A stretch of DNA of 64,000 bases from Oscillospiraceae bacterium (GCA_015064895.1 SVRI01000001.1:202787-266786); one strand, 5' to 3'. Shown: positions 44,221-54,879, counted from the first letter of the stretch. Translations and numbers: made by a program. Notes: a model not told the origin generated them from the sequence alone.

Positions 44221-45378
44221 ATGAAAAGCGTTGAAAATAACGATAAACAGATATCAAATAAATCAAACAACAAGCTTTTTTACGGCATTATTGCCGCAAT
44301 TCTGCTTATATTTGTTGTGGTTATAACAATCTTTGCCGTAAAGGGCTGCAAGGCTGACGGCTCAGACATTGCCATGGACTACAAAGACCCCAACGGCAAT
44401 GTTACGGCAAGTGTTGACCGAAGCTTTATGTGTCTCATGGTTGCCATGAGTAATCATGAAAACGGTACTGTTGCCATTACCGATAAGACACTTTGGGACC
44501 AGTCGATACCCGGTACGGAAATCACATACAGAGATGTAATCCGTGCCGACGCCACGGCAAAGGCAGAGGCACTTTTGAAGGCGGAATTCCTTCATGACTG
44601 CGTCTATAACATTGATTTTAATGACGAACAGAAAAAATCGGTTGAGGACACAATAAAAGCAATAACAAACAAGTTCGGTTCAAAAAAAGACCTTGAAGCG
44701 GAGCTTTCGAAATACGAAACCGACATAGAGGCACTTGAACGCTTTATTGTGCTTTATCTTAAGGAACAGACGCTTAACCAAACACTGTATTCCGAGGGAA
44801 GCATTCTTGAGATAACCGATGCCGATGTAAAAAACTTTTTCTCTGAAAATTACTGCATAGCAGATTATATTTTCATCAACCTTACCGGCGGTCAGAAGGA
44901 TACCGGAGAGTATATTCCTCTTTCTGATGAAGAATATTCGGCAAAGAAGGAACTTGCAACAACCGCTTACAATCAGGTGATAAGCGGTGCTATGGATTTT
45001 AAAGCAGCAATGGCAGAATACAGCGAGGCTGATTACAGCAGCATTTTCCCCGAAGGCTATTTTGTTCCGTATAACGGTACGGCTCAGGGGCTTCATCCCG
45101 ATGTTGCTTCAAAAGTACAGGCTATGGCGGTTGACAGTGTTGAAATGATTCAGACAAAACAACCGGAAAGTATATATATTGTCAAAAAGCATCCCATGAA
45201 TGCCGAGCTGTACAAAACAAGGGAAGGCTTTGGAGAAAACCTCAAGTATGCTCTGAGATATGACAATTATTTAAAACAGCTGGAAACGGCAGACGGTGTT
45301 GAAATATACGAAGATGTAATTAATACCATTGATCCGTCTGTTATTCCGGCTTTCAATATTGACACTTATTTGGGATGA
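44221..45378 (+). CDS. membrane-anchored SurA/PrsA-like protein (parvulin-like region looks degenerate)
   Basis: N-terminal TM; position after mfd as in many Firmicutes; weak parvulin-like stretch ...YSEADYSSIFPEGYFVPYNG...IYIVKKHP. Confidence 0.4.
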   Translation: MKSVENNDKQISNKSNNKLFYGIIAAILLIFVVVITIFAVKGCKADGSDIAMDYKDPNGNVTASVDRSFMCLMVAMSNHENGTVAITDKTLWDQSIPGTEITYRDVIRADATAKAEALLKAEFLHDCVYNIDFNDEQKKSVEDTIKAITNKFGSKKDLEAELSKYETDIEALERFIVLYLKEQTLNQTLYSEGSILEITDADVKNFFSENYCIADYIFINLTGGQKDTGEYIPLSDEEYSAKKELATTAYNQVISGAMDFKAAMAEYSEADYSSIFPEGYFVPYNGTAQGLHPDVASKVQAMAVDSVEMIQTKQPESIYIVKKHPMNAELYKTREGFGENLKYALRYDNYLKQLETADGVEIYEDVINTIDPSVIPAFNIDTYLG

Positions 45379-45932
45379 GGTTGGAATTGATGGCTTTGAA
45401 ATACGGTAAAATAAACAGTGACGGCAAGAAAAATGTCAGACTCTATGTGTTTTTCGGCATTATGGGACTTTTACTTTTTCTGCTGATGGCATCGGTTCTT
45501 TCGTTTCTTTCTGATAAAAAGGGCATGCCGGATGCGGATCTTTTGCTTTGTCTTGTGTGTGCTGCATGTGCGTTCATGCCCGAAAAAAAAGCTTGTATAT
45601 ATGCGCTGGTATTCGGGCTGTTTGCCGACTTGTTCCTGTTTGCTCCCACTGCCTTTTCACCTGTTGTTTATGTTGTTGCGGTGCTTGTCACCTCAAGGCT
45701 GTACAAAGGTTTTTCAAGACTCGGAAGCATTATTATGGCAGTGTGCTCCATGCCTGCGGCAGCAATCAGGGGGACGGTTGATGCGGTGGTGACAATGACA
45801 CTTTTCAAGGATGCATCACCGGGAAGTATTCTTCTTGAAAAGAGTCTTCCGTTTATGCTGATTGGTTTTGCATGGTCGATTGTTATTTGTTTTATCTGCA
45901 GAAGAATTGTAATGTGGATGAGACTCGATTAA
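45375..45932 (+). CDS. hypothetical integral membrane protein
   Basis: 185 aa with about 5 hydrophobic segments; ATGA overlap with the upstream gene. Confidence 0.5.
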   Translation: MRLELMALKYGKINSDGKKNVRLYVFFGIMGLLLFLLMASVLSFLSDKKGMPDADLLLCLVCAACAFMPEKKACIYALVFGLFADLFLFAPTAFSPVVYVVAVLVTSRLYKGFSRLGSIIMAVCSMPAAAIRGTVDAVVTMTLFKDASPGSILLEKSLPFMLIGFAWSIVICFICRRIVMWMRLD

Positions 45933-45957
45933 ATTACAAGTACGGAGGTACGTTATT

Positions 45958-47196
45958 ATGCCTTTTGAAAAAATGAATGCGGTTGTCGGACAGTCCGGCG
46001 GACCTACTGCGGCGATAAATGCAACGCTTGCGGGTGTAATCAAGGGATGTCTCGAAAGTGACAGAATTGATGAAATATACGGTATGAAGAACGGAATTGA
46101 AGGCTTTGAAAAGGAAGACCTTGTTTCGCTGGGAAAATATTTTGAAAAGGATATAAGACAGCTTGATCTTCTTGCGTTAACGCCTGCTGCGGCACTCGGC
46201 TCATGCAGAAAAAAAGTGGGCGGCGACGAAGAAATAGAAAAAATCTATGAGCTTCTTGACAAATACAACATCGGATATTTCTTTTACATAGGCGGCAATG
46301 ACAGTATGGATACCATTGCGAAACTGTCGGATTATGCCGAGAGAAATGCAGATAAAGGTCTTCGTGACGTGAAGTTTATCGGTATACCCAAGACCATCGA
46401 CAACGACCTTGGCGTTACAGACCACACACCCGGATACGGCTCTGCGGCAAAGTTTGTAGCGACAACAATGCAGGAAATCTGCAGAGACTGTGCCGTGTAT
46501 ACAAAGAAGGCAGTAACGATTGTCGAAATAATGGGCAGAGATGCCGGCTGGCTTACTGCGGCGGCGGCTCTTTCAAAGTACCTTACGGGTATGGGTGCAG
46601 ATCTTATTTATCTTCCCGAAAAGCCCTTTGACGAAGAATGCTTTATCAAGGATGTTGAAAAGAAGCTTTCGGGCACAAAGCCTTATGTTGTAATTGCGGT
46701 TTCCGAAGGTATAAAGTTTGCCGACGGCAGCTATGTCGGAGCAAAGAAGCTTACAAATTATGACGACCCCTTCGGGCATACAATGCTTACCGGCGTAGGA
46801 AAAGTGCTTGAGTCGCTTGTCAGCGAAAAAATCGGCTGCAAGTGCCGTTCGGTTGAACTGAATGTGCTTCAGAGATGTGCATCACACGTTGCTTCAAAAT
46901 GCGATATTGACGAATCAAGAAAAATCGGTGAAGCGGGTGTAAAGTACGCTCTTAAGGGTGAAACGGGTAAGATGATGTGCTTCAGAAGACTTAAAAATTC
47001 CGACGTATACAGAGTTGAAATTTTCTCCGAAAGTGTAAAGTCTGTTGCAAATATCGTAAGAGCTATTCCGGCAAACTTTCTTTCGTCGGATTCAAGCGGC
47101 GTTAACGATAAATGCATCGACTACATGCTTCCGCTTATCAAAGGAGAAAATGCGGTAATTTATGAAGACGGAATACCCGTTCATTTTGAACTTTAA
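45958..47196 (+). CDS. phosphofructokinase family protein (PfkA/Pfp; phosphoryl donor not assignable here)
   Basis: GQSGGPTAAINA, IGGNDSMDT, PKTIDNDL and MGRDAGW motifs. Confidence 0.85.
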   Translation: MPFEKMNAVVGQSGGPTAAINATLAGVIKGCLESDRIDEIYGMKNGIEGFEKEDLVSLGKYFEKDIRQLDLLALTPAAALGSCRKKVGGDEEIEKIYELLDKYNIGYFFYIGGNDSMDTIAKLSDYAERNADKGLRDVKFIGIPKTIDNDLGVTDHTPGYGSAAKFVATTMQEICRDCAVYTKKAVTIVEIMGRDAGWLTAAAALSKYLTGMGADLIYLPEKPFDEECFIKDVEKKLSGTKPYVVIAVSEGIKFADGSYVGAKKLTNYDDPFGHTMLTGVGKVLESLVSEKIGCKCRSVELNVLQRCASHVASKCDIDESRKIGEAGVKYALKGETGKMMCFRRLKNSDVYRVEIFSESVKSVANIVRAIPANFLSSDSSGVNDKCIDYMLPLIKGENAVIYEDGIPVHFEL

Positions 47197-47268
47197 AGTT
47201 GTATACTGTGCAAAATGCGTATATATTCATGCGTTTGATGTGCAGTATTAACAAAAAAAATATTTCAC

Positions 47269-47297
47269 TTGACACTGACCTGTTTTTGGTGTAGAAT
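47269..47297 (+). promoter_or_regulatory. sigma-A promoter of the lipoprotein gene
   Basis: TTGACA, 17 nt, TAGAAT. Confidence 0.6.
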
Positions 47298-47385
47298 ATA
47301 ATAGTTAAGATAGGTTGAATATATGTGCGTGTCCATCAGGCAATGTTATGAGACGCACAAATCAGATTGGGAGGATCCACAAAGC

Positions 47386-49197
47386 ATGAAACTAAACAGA
47401 CTTCTTTCAATTATTCTTGCGTTGCTTATGGTTGTTTCAACAATAGCCTTTTCGGGTTGTTCTGTAGCTTCTGACGAAGAAGGCGGCGAAGCTGCCGAAG
47501 GCGCAACTAACACCAGCACCAGGGGTATTGTTACTCTTAATATGTATATCATTACAAACGAGACAACAACTGCCGATTCAGCAAATAAGGTGCAAAAAGA
47601 AATAAATAAGATTTTGCTGCCTAACTATAAAACAATTCTTAAGCTTAACTGTCTTACTGAAGACGAGTATTGGAAGACTGTTGATGACATGCTCGAAAAA
47701 ACAGAGGTGCCTTCCATGACAAGCGCCACAGTCAAGGGAACCGAAAAGATGGATTTCCCTCAGATGATTGAGTACCTGTATAAGGATTCAACCACCGATA
47801 TCGAGCTTACTCAGGATCAAATTGACATCTTTGTTATAAATGATTACGATAAGTATACAGAGTACGCAGAAGACGGCAAACTCAAGGGCCTCAACGAATA
47901 TATCGCATATGACAGCAAAAAGCTTTCTTCGTATATTTATCCCACAATCATGACTGCTGCAAAAATCGGTAACGAAACATACGGTATTCCTACAAACATC
48001 GGTATGGAACACGGTGAATACACATACCTCGTTTATAATGCAGATCTTCTCGAGCAGCATGGCTACGAAGTAAAGCAGGTAACTGAATTTTCAAAGAATA
48101 ACTTTGCAAACTATCTTAAGGCTGTAAAGGAAAACAATCCCGAAGTATGGCCTCTTTCCGAACCCTTCGGTGTTGCAGGTCTTGAATTTTACAATGATGA
48201 ACCTGCGTTTATGACAAGAGCAATCCAGTTCAACTATCCTGCTAACGGTTGTACTCCCGCACTTCTTGAACAGGAATATACGAATAACCTTCTTAAGAGA
48301 GTTGAATATAAGGAACTCGGCTATTATCCCGGTGAAGGCGAAGCGGATGAAAATGCCAAGTATGCAATCAGAGTTGAAAAGTCCCACGAACTTCTTACAG
48401 ACGAAAGCGATAAGAAGTGGGTGGATGAAGACGGCACAACTTATGTAAGATACCTCTTCGATATTCCCAGAGTTTCTATTGAGGATGCGTTCACAAGTGC
48501 AATGTGCGTAAGTGCAACTTCTCCCGTTCCCGAAAGAGCAATGGAAATTGTTACACTCTTCCAGACCAACTCCGAGCTTGCAAATCTCCTTCAGTACGGT
48601 GTTGAAAATGTTCACTACCAGATTGACGAACGTGACGGCACACTTGTAATGCTTGATGATACTTATTCCATGAATAACATTATCACAGGTAATACATACA
48701 TCAAGTACCCTGAAAACAATGACGCAACATACTTTGACAGATGCAGAGAAATGAACCTCGGTGCGGCTCCCAGCTGGCTTATCGGTGTTAATTATGATTT
48801 CGAATCTGCAAATGACCGTACCCAGTATGAAACTGCAAGGGTTATTCTTCTTGGTGCACAGGCACAGATTGATGCAGGTGCAGATGTAAAGGAAGTTATC
48901 GCCGTTGCTACTGCAGAACTTGTAAACCTTGGTTGTGTACGTGAATCGGCTGTAAGTGATTACGGCGGAATTTTCGGTACTATCCAGTCTACTCAGAGAA
49001 ATCAGGCAGCGGTAGTTGATAAGAATTTTGAAATTTCCGATGATATTCTTGAATATAACGAAGTATACGGTATTGTAATCAAGGGTTCAAGAGTTGTTGC
49101 CGAAGAAAACGACGAAGAAACAGACGGTGAAGAAACCGAACAGGCAGAAGATGGCGGCGAAGAAGCAGAAGCAGAAGCTGAAACACCTGCCGAATAA
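47386..49197 (+). CDS. lipoprotein, extracellular solute-binding-protein-like (large LplA-type), acidic C-terminal tail
   Basis: Lipobox AFSGC after MKLNRLLSIILALLMVVSTI; roughly 600 aa; GGGAGGA RBS; tail EENDEETDGEETEQAEDGGEEAEAEAETPAE. Confidence 0.65.
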   Translation: MKLNRLLSIILALLMVVSTIAFSGCSVASDEEGGEAAEGATNTSTRGIVTLNMYIITNETTTADSANKVQKEINKILLPNYKTILKLNCLTEDEYWKTVDDMLEKTEVPSMTSATVKGTEKMDFPQMIEYLYKDSTTDIELTQDQIDIFVINDYDKYTEYAEDGKLKGLNEYIAYDSKKLSSYIYPTIMTAAKIGNETYGIPTNIGMEHGEYTYLVYNADLLEQHGYEVKQVTEFSKNNFANYLKAVKENNPEVWPLSEPFGVAGLEFYNDEPAFMTRAIQFNYPANGCTPALLEQEYTNNLLKRVEYKELGYYPGEGEADENAKYAIRVEKSHELLTDESDKKWVDEDGTTYVRYLFDIPRVSIEDAFTSAMCVSATSPVPERAMEIVTLFQTNSELANLLQYGVENVHYQIDERDGTLVMLDDTYSMNNIITGNTYIKYPENNDATYFDRCREMNLGAAPSWLIGVNYDFESANDRTQYETARVILLGAQAQIDAGADVKEVIAVATAELVNLGCVRESAVSDYGGIFGTIQSTQRNQAAVVDKNFEISDDILEYNEVYGIVIKGSRVVAEENDEETDGEETEQAEDGGEEAEAEAETPAE

Positions 49198-49217
49198 ACC
49201 TTGACTTTATAACCTTG

Positions 49218-49247
49218 GAGCCCGGCTTTTTGCCGGGCTCTTTTTTG
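49218..49247 (+). terminator. intrinsic terminator
   Basis: GAGCCCGGC-TTTTT-GCCGGGCTC followed by T6. Confidence 0.85.
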
Positions 49248-49349
49248 TGTCTGTTACGGCTGAAGATGTAAGAATTAAGTGTGATACCGGATAGAGTGTG
49301 CAATTGAATAATATTTTTAAAACTATCCGTTAAATTTGTAAAAAAACAC

Positions 49350-49379
49350 TTGTAAAAGTATCGAGCATAGTGTATTATA
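49350..49379 (+). promoter_or_regulatory. candidate promoter of the SLH protein gene
   Basis: TTGTAA, 17 nt, TATTAT. Confidence 0.45.
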
Positions 49380-49442
49380 TAAATGGATGTTTGTAGGAAA
49401 ACAAAAAGTTTTCACTATTGATTCGGAAAGGATGTATGAACG

Positions 49443-52400
49443 ATGAAGAAAAACACAAAATCCGCAATTGTTTTTGCAGTAACTCTTTGTATGACTTTGT
49501 TTGTTGCAACAGCTTCGTATGCTGCAAATCTTACAGATATTGCGGGACATTGGGCTGAAAGCTACATTGAATACGGTGTAGAAGCAGGTTACATAAGCGG
49601 CTATGAAGACGGCACATTTTTGCCCGATAAAACAGTAAGCCGTGCGGAATTTTCAAAAATGATAAACAATGCCGTAAAACTTACGTCAACAGGCGATGCC
49701 AAGGCAGAATTTGCGGATGTTGCATCCAAGGACTGGTTCTTTAACGAGGTGAAGAAGGCTGAAAACGCCGGCTACATAAGCGGTTATGAAGACAGCACAT
49801 TCAGACCCAACAATACCGTTTCCCGTCAGGAAGCTGCTGTTATGCTTTCGAGAATTGTTCTTCCTGTAACAGAAAGAGCGAATGCTGACTCCTTCAATGA
49901 CAGCAATTTGATTGATTCTTGGGCAAAAGACTCTGTTTCCATGATTGCTGCCAAGGGCTATATCAAGGGCGATGAAAACAAGAATTTTAACCCCAAGGGT
50001 GCTCTTACACGTTCTCAGGCAGCAAAGCTTATCTGCGAATTTGTAAAGAATGAAAACATTGTAAACAGAAACCAGAATGCTGTTGCAACCGAGGATGAGG
50101 TTGTTTATTCCGAAACACTTTTCACAGACGACGTTATTATAGAGGTTGAAGACGCAATTGCACTCAAAGTTGTTTTTAAGAATTGCCGAGTTTTAGGTAA
50201 TGTTTATGTAAAGACAGAAGGTGCTGTTGTAGAGCTTGAAAATGCAAAGATTAAGAATCTTTACGTTGAAGCTGAAGATGCTTTTATTGATGTTGATAAC
50301 AATAGCGAAGTAAAGAACACATATGTTGAAGAACCCGCAACGCTCAAGGGTGACGGTTTTAAGAAAGTTGTTCTTTCCGGTGAAGATCTTTCACAGAGCC
50401 TTGTTGACCTCGAAGGTAATTTTGACAAGGTAGAGGTTGCCGGTGATGCTCTTATTACAATAACAAAGGTTAAGGAACTTACTGTTTCAAAGAAGGTAAG
50501 CCTTGTAATTCACTCGGGTAAGGTTGAAAACCTTTACGTTGAAGAAGCAGCAAAGGATTCCACAATCAATCTTTCCAAGAACGCGGTTGTTGATAATGCA
50601 CACAATAAGGAAGCTGTTTCCTATGTTGGCAGCGGTACGATTGAAGTTGCAAACAACAACGTGACAGGTGTATCCTTCAACGGTGTAACGGTTAATAAGA
50701 TAGTAGGCAAGAAGGGCGACGGCGACAGTGTCGGTTCCAAGACTGACTCCGACTTCTTCAAGGATGTTACTGTAACTCCCGAAAACAAGAAGTCGAGTGT
50801 TGCTATTTCTTCAAGCGTATCTCTTACATTCCTTTCCGAGGTTTATGACAAGAACGGCGACAAGCTCACATCGGCTTATGTTGAAGATAACTTCAAGTTT
50901 ACAAGGTCTTCCACAAGCGGTACAAGCACTGCTTTCACGGCGACTGTTGCTTCCAGCAATAAGAAGATTACAATTAAGCCTGAAGATAATTATAAGAACT
51001 CTACAAAGTATTATCTTGTAATTCCCGCAGGTGTTCTCACATATGAAGACGGCACCGAAAATGATGAATTTGTAACATACTTCACAACGATTGCCGCACC
51101 AAATGATAAAGATGATGACAGTTCTTCGAATGAAGATGATGAAAACGCATCCGTAACCATGTCTCCCAAGAGCGGCTCCGAGGATGTTTCCGTAAACTCT
51201 TCTATCAAGCTCACATTCTCGGGTACACTTAAGGCATATTCCGGCACACTTGACGAAGACTATATCGAAGAAGAAGCAATCGAAATCCGCGAAGGCTCAA
51301 AGACCGGTGATACAGTAAGCTTCTCTGCTTCCGTAAGCGGCAAGACAATAACACTTGTTCCTTCAAGACTTCTCGGCAGCACAGATTACTACGTAATTAT
51401 TCTCGGTAATAAGCTCAAGGTTGGCGGCGATACTCTTTCCAAGACTACACTTTCCTTTACAACAGAGGAAGGTACAGCTATTTCGATTTCACCTGCAAGC
51501 GGTGCGACAAATGTTTCCACCACACCCGAAATCACGGTTTCATTTGCTGAGCCTATGCTCAATTATAAGGGAGACGAACTTGATGAAGATTACATCATCG
51601 ATGAAGTAATCCTCTTCAGAAAGAGCTCTGCCACAAAGACTGACGATGAGTATCAGGTATCCTTCAGTGTTAAGGAAATCGCAGAAAACGGCAGAAAGTT
51701 CGTGATCGTTCCGGATGTAGAACTTGAATCCGGTGTGACATATTACATTATCGTCGTTGAAGAAAGCCTTGTAGGCGAAACAACCGAAACTGAAAACGCA
51801 AAGGTTACATCTTCTTTCAAGACAGCCTCTGCAATGGCGCCTATGTTCACTCCTTACGACGAACAGGAAAACGTTGCTGTAGGTACAGAAATCAAGATTT
51901 CCTTCTCTGACGTTCTTATGACAAACGATTCCAAGAAGGATGACAGAAGAGAAGCTGACGATGAATATCTTGAAGAGCTTATCGATGACGGTTATATCAC
52001 ACTCAAGCGCGGCTCCAAGAACATTAAGTTTACCGCAACAATAGACGGCGACGGCAAGGCAGTTATCATCACTCCCGACGATGCACTTGATGCAGAAAAG
52101 ACATATACAGTTTCTATCAAGGCAAAGTCCTTCTATTCTCAGGCTTCCACAAGCAAGTCGAATGCGGCAGGCTCTGCAACCTTCAATACAAATGTTGCAA
52201 TGTCTCCCACAATCACTCCCAAGGACGAAGCTGAGGATGTTTCTCTTACAGTAAATCCCACAATCAAGTTCAACGAAAAGATTCTCAATGATGAGGGCAA
52301 GGAACTCAAGAGCCTGTATCTCAAGAGATCTATCACATTTGTTGACCAGTACGGCGAAGAGGTTGACTTCACAGCCTCCATCGAAGGAAGCGTTATTACG

Positions 52401-53162
52401 GTTGAACCCGAGGAAGACCTCGAAGGAAACGTTGCATATACCCTTACTCTCCTTGCAGGTACAATCCAGAACCAAGACGGCATTTTCAACGAGGAAGTGG
52501 CAGTAACATTCACAACAAAGATTTCCAACACACTCGAAGTTACACCCGCAAGCGGCAACAAGACTGCTTCTCCTCTCGTTAATCCCACAGTCAAGTTCGG
52601 TACAGAATTGTACACACTCACCGGCGATCCCGTTGACGAGGAATACGCAAGCGAGTACATCTTCCTTACAGAAGGCACAAAGAGCACTGATGTTGCCGAT
52701 GCTATCCCTGCGGCAATTTCAATGAGCGAAGACGGCAGAACATTCACAATTGTTCCCGAATACGAACTTGATTTTGGTACAAAGTATTACATCAACGTTG
52801 TTGAAAAGAAGTTCCTTTACGCTGATGAAGAAACAAAGAACAAGGGCAACAGCACTTACTTTACAGTAATTAATGAGCCTGAGTTCAAAGTTGAACCCGT
52901 AAGTGCTCCCAACACCAAAACTTCTGTAAAGATTACATTTACTTCTAAGGTCGCAGACAGTAGTGACGATGAGCTTGTTCAGATTGTTGTTGAAGATGAA
53001 AACGGTGAAGTTCTCAAGACTCAGGCTATCACTTCGACATCTAAATCGACAGTTACGGTTTCGGGTCTTGAAACAGGCGAGCACACGCTCTACGTATACA
53101 TTCTTATCGACGGAGAGTTCAGCTCTGACGTAGTAGAGGTTTCTGCCGAGACAAAGGCATAA
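49443..53162 (+). CDS. S-layer-homology (SLH) domain cell-surface protein with tandem Ig-like modules
   Basis: Signal peptide; three SLH repeats (...GYISGYEDGTFLPDKTVSRAEF..., ...GYISGYEDSTFRPNNTVSRQEA..., ...GYIKGDENKNFNPKGALTRSQA...); a V-x-N-L-Y-V-E periodic region; six modules of about 105-115 aa, each beginning (T/S)P and ending F(T/K)T. Confidence 0.85.
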   Translation: MKKNTKSAIVFAVTLCMTLFVATASYAANLTDIAGHWAESYIEYGVEAGYISGYEDGTFLPDKTVSRAEFSKMINNAVKLTSTGDAKAEFADVASKDWFFNEVKKAENAGYISGYEDSTFRPNNTVSRQEAAVMLSRIVLPVTERANADSFNDSNLIDSWAKDSVSMIAAKGYIKGDENKNFNPKGALTRSQAAKLICEFVKNENIVNRNQNAVATEDEVVYSETLFTDDVIIEVEDAIALKVVFKNCRVLGNVYVKTEGAVVELENAKIKNLYVEAEDAFIDVDNNSEVKNTYVEEPATLKGDGFKKVVLSGEDLSQSLVDLEGNFDKVEVAGDALITITKVKELTVSKKVSLVIHSGKVENLYVEEAAKDSTINLSKNAVVDNAHNKEAVSYVGSGTIEVANNNVTGVSFNGVTVNKIVGKKGDGDSVGSKTDSDFFKDVTVTPENKKSSVAISSSVSLTFLSEVYDKNGDKLTSAYVEDNFKFTRSSTSGTSTAFTATVASSNKKITIKPEDNYKNSTKYYLVIPAGVLTYEDGTENDEFVTYFTTIAAPNDKDDDSSSNEDDENASVTMSPKSGSEDVSVNSSIKLTFSGTLKAYSGTLDEDYIEEEAIEIREGSKTGDTVSFSASVSGKTITLVPSRLLGSTDYYVIILGNKLKVGGDTLSKTTLSFTTEEGTAISISPASGATNVSTTPEITVSFAEPMLNYKGDELDEDYIIDEVILFRKSSATKTDDEYQVSFSVKEIAENGRKFVIVPDVELESGVTYYIIVVEESLVGETTETENAKVTSSFKTASAMAPMFTPYDEQENVAVGTEIKISFSDVLMTNDSKKDDRREADDEYLEELIDDGYITLKRGSKNIKFTATIDGDGKAVIITPDDALDAEKTYTVSIKAKSFYSQASTSKSNAAGSATFNTNVAMSPTITPKDEAEDVSLTVNPTIKFNEKILNDEGKELKSLYLKRSITFVDQYGEEVDFTASIEGSVITVEPEEDLEGNVAYTLTLLAGTIQNQDGIFNEEVAVTFTTKISNTLEVTPASGNKTASPLVNPTVKFGTELYTLTGDPVDEEYASEYIFLTEGTKSTDVADAIPAAISMSEDGRTFTIVPEYELDFGTKYYINVVEKKFLYADEETKNKGNSTYFTVINEPEFKVEPVSAPNTKTSVKITFTSKVADSSDDELVQIVVEDENGEVLKTQAITSTSKSTVTVSGLETGEHTLYVYILIDGEFSSDVVEVSAETKA

Positions 53163-53183
53163 ACAAACCGGTTACAGTAATTC

Positions 53184-53214
53184 AAATCCCCGTGCTTTGG
53201 CACGGGGATTTTTG
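53184..53214. terminator. bidirectional terminator between the SLH gene and spoIVA
   Basis: AAATCCCCGTGC-TTTG-GCACGGGGATTT. Confidence 0.85.
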
Positions 53215-53221
53215 TATACAT

Positions 53222-54700
53222 TTACAGCAGAATGCAAATAAGTCCGCCTGCACCATCATTGATGATTTTCCCGAGGGTGTCGCACAGCTTGCTTCTAGCT
53301 TCAACAGGCATGTGGTTCAGCTTTGCACCGATGCTTTCGCCCATAAGGTCGTGCAGGCTCTTGCCGAAAAGATTTGATTCCCAAATTTGAGTCGGGTCTT
53401 CCTCAAATTCATGCAATAAATACTTGACAATGTCCTCTGACTGCTTTTCCGAACCGACAATGGGGCTGACTTCTGCCTTGATGTCGGCACGCATAAGATG
53501 TATGGAAGGTGCCGATGCTCTTAATTTCACACCGTATGAGCCTGCCTGCTTTACAATTTCGGGCTCTTCCAAAGTCATGTCCTCAATGCATGGAGTAACA
53601 ATACCGTAGCCTGTTTCCTCGACCTGCTTCAAGGCATCCTCAAACTTTGCGTATCTCTGCTTTGATGCCGAAAGTGATGTGACAATTTCAATCAAATCCT
53701 CGTCTGACGAAATCTCAAGTCCCGTTTCATCACCTAAAATCTTGTAGAACAGCTCTCTCGGAACGCTTATGTCAAGCTTTGCCGTGCCGTCAGCAAGATT
53801 GATTGAATCAAAGTGTATGCCTGTACCGAATTTGTCGTCAAACACATCTGAAAATGCGTCTTGTACCTCAGACAGCCTTGATATGGTGTCTGCCATTTCA
53901 CATATTCCTTCTGTTATTCTCATGCGAAGGGGATGCTCCGAAGAAAGAGTTCGTACCCATGAGGGAATTGAAAATACAAGCTCGGTTATGGGAAATTCGT
54001 AAAGAATGCCTTCAAGTACCTTGATTATGTCATCTTCCGTCATGTCGAGACAGTTAAGTCGTACCACGGGTATGCCGTGCTTTTGGCTCAGTGACTCGGC
54101 TATTGCCTTTGCTTCGTCGGAGTCCGGGGTTTGGCTGTTGAGAACAATCGTAAAGGGCTTTCCTGCACTTTTCATTTCGTTTATAACGCTTTCCTCTGAA
54201 AGCTCGTATGCGGCTCTGTCAAGCTCAGAAAAGCTTGCATCGGTGGTAATAACTACGCCTACCGTCGAGTGCTCGCGTATTACCTTGTCCGTTCCTATTT
54301 TTGCCGCTTCTTCAAAAGGAATCGGCTCATCCGACCATGCTGTTTTTACCATTCGCGGCTTTTCGTCTTCGTAAAGTCCCAAAGCACCGGGTACGATGTA
54401 GCCCACACAGTCTATCATTTTCACATTGAAGGATGTGCCCGACGGCAGAACAACGTGTGCGGCATCGTTAGGCACAAATTTGGGCTCTGTGGTCATAACG
54501 GTTTTACCTGCGGCAGATTGAGGAAGCTCGTCAAGTGTTCTTGTTTTTGCAAATTCGTTTTCCATGTTGGGTATTACCAGTTTATCGAGAAAATTCTTGA
54601 TAAAGGTGGATTTTCCCGTTCTTACGGGCCCCACAACTCCTATGTAAATTTCACCGCCCGTTCGGTTTGCAATGTCGTTGTATATGGATGTGTCTGTCAT
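53222..54700 (-). CDS. spoIVA: stage IV sporulation protein A
   Basis: IYIGVVGPVRTGKSTFIKNFLDKLVIPNMENEFAKTRTLDELPQSAAGKTVMTTEPKFVP; 492 aa. Confidence 0.95.
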   Translation of the reverse strand: MTDTSIYNDIANRTGGEIYIGVVGPVRTGKSTFIKNFLDKLVIPNMENEFAKTRTLDELPQSAAGKTVMTTEPKFVPNDAAHVVLPSGTSFNVKMIDCVGYIVPGALGLYEDEKPRMVKTAWSDEPIPFEEAAKIGTDKVIREHSTVGVVITTDASFSELDRAAYELSEESVINEMKSAGKPFTIVLNSQTPDSDEAKAIAESLSQKHGIPVVRLNCLDMTEDDIIKVLEGILYEFPITELVFSIPSWVRTLSSEHPLRMRITEGICEMADTISRLSEVQDAFSDVFDDKFGTGIHFDSINLADGTAKLDISVPRELFYKILGDETGLEISSDEDLIEIVTSLSASKQRYAKFEDALKQVEETGYGIVTPCIEDMTLEEPEIVKQAGSYGVKLRASAPSIHLMRADIKAEVSPIVGSEKQSEDIVKYLLHEFEEDPTQIWESNLFGKSLHDLMGESIGAKLNHMPVEARSKLCDTLGKIINDGAGGLICILL

Positions 54701-54740
54701 GCTTTTACCTCCGTTTTGAAAAGATGGTTTTGTTTATATA

Positions 54741-54768
54741 TGCATATGAAAAAAAGGGCAAAAATAGA
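54741..54768 (-). promoter_or_regulatory. possible sigma-E-type promoter of spoIVA
   Basis: Minus strand TCTATTT-13 nt-CATATGCA, compared with my recalled consensus kmATATT-N14-CATACAnT. Confidence 0.3.
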
Positions 54769-54810
54769 CGTAAATTTTTGAAAAAAATGCGTAAAAAATC
54801 ACTATAGCTC

Positions 54811-54839
54811 TTTACATCCTACTTGAAATGTGGTATAAT
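54811..54839 (+). promoter_or_regulatory. candidate sigma-A promoter of tagA-recF
   Basis: TTTACA, 17 nt, TATAAT with TGG extended -10. Confidence 0.5.
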
Positions 54840-54879
54840 AATTGCGTATAATTGTGCACATTTTCACGGGGGACATGAT

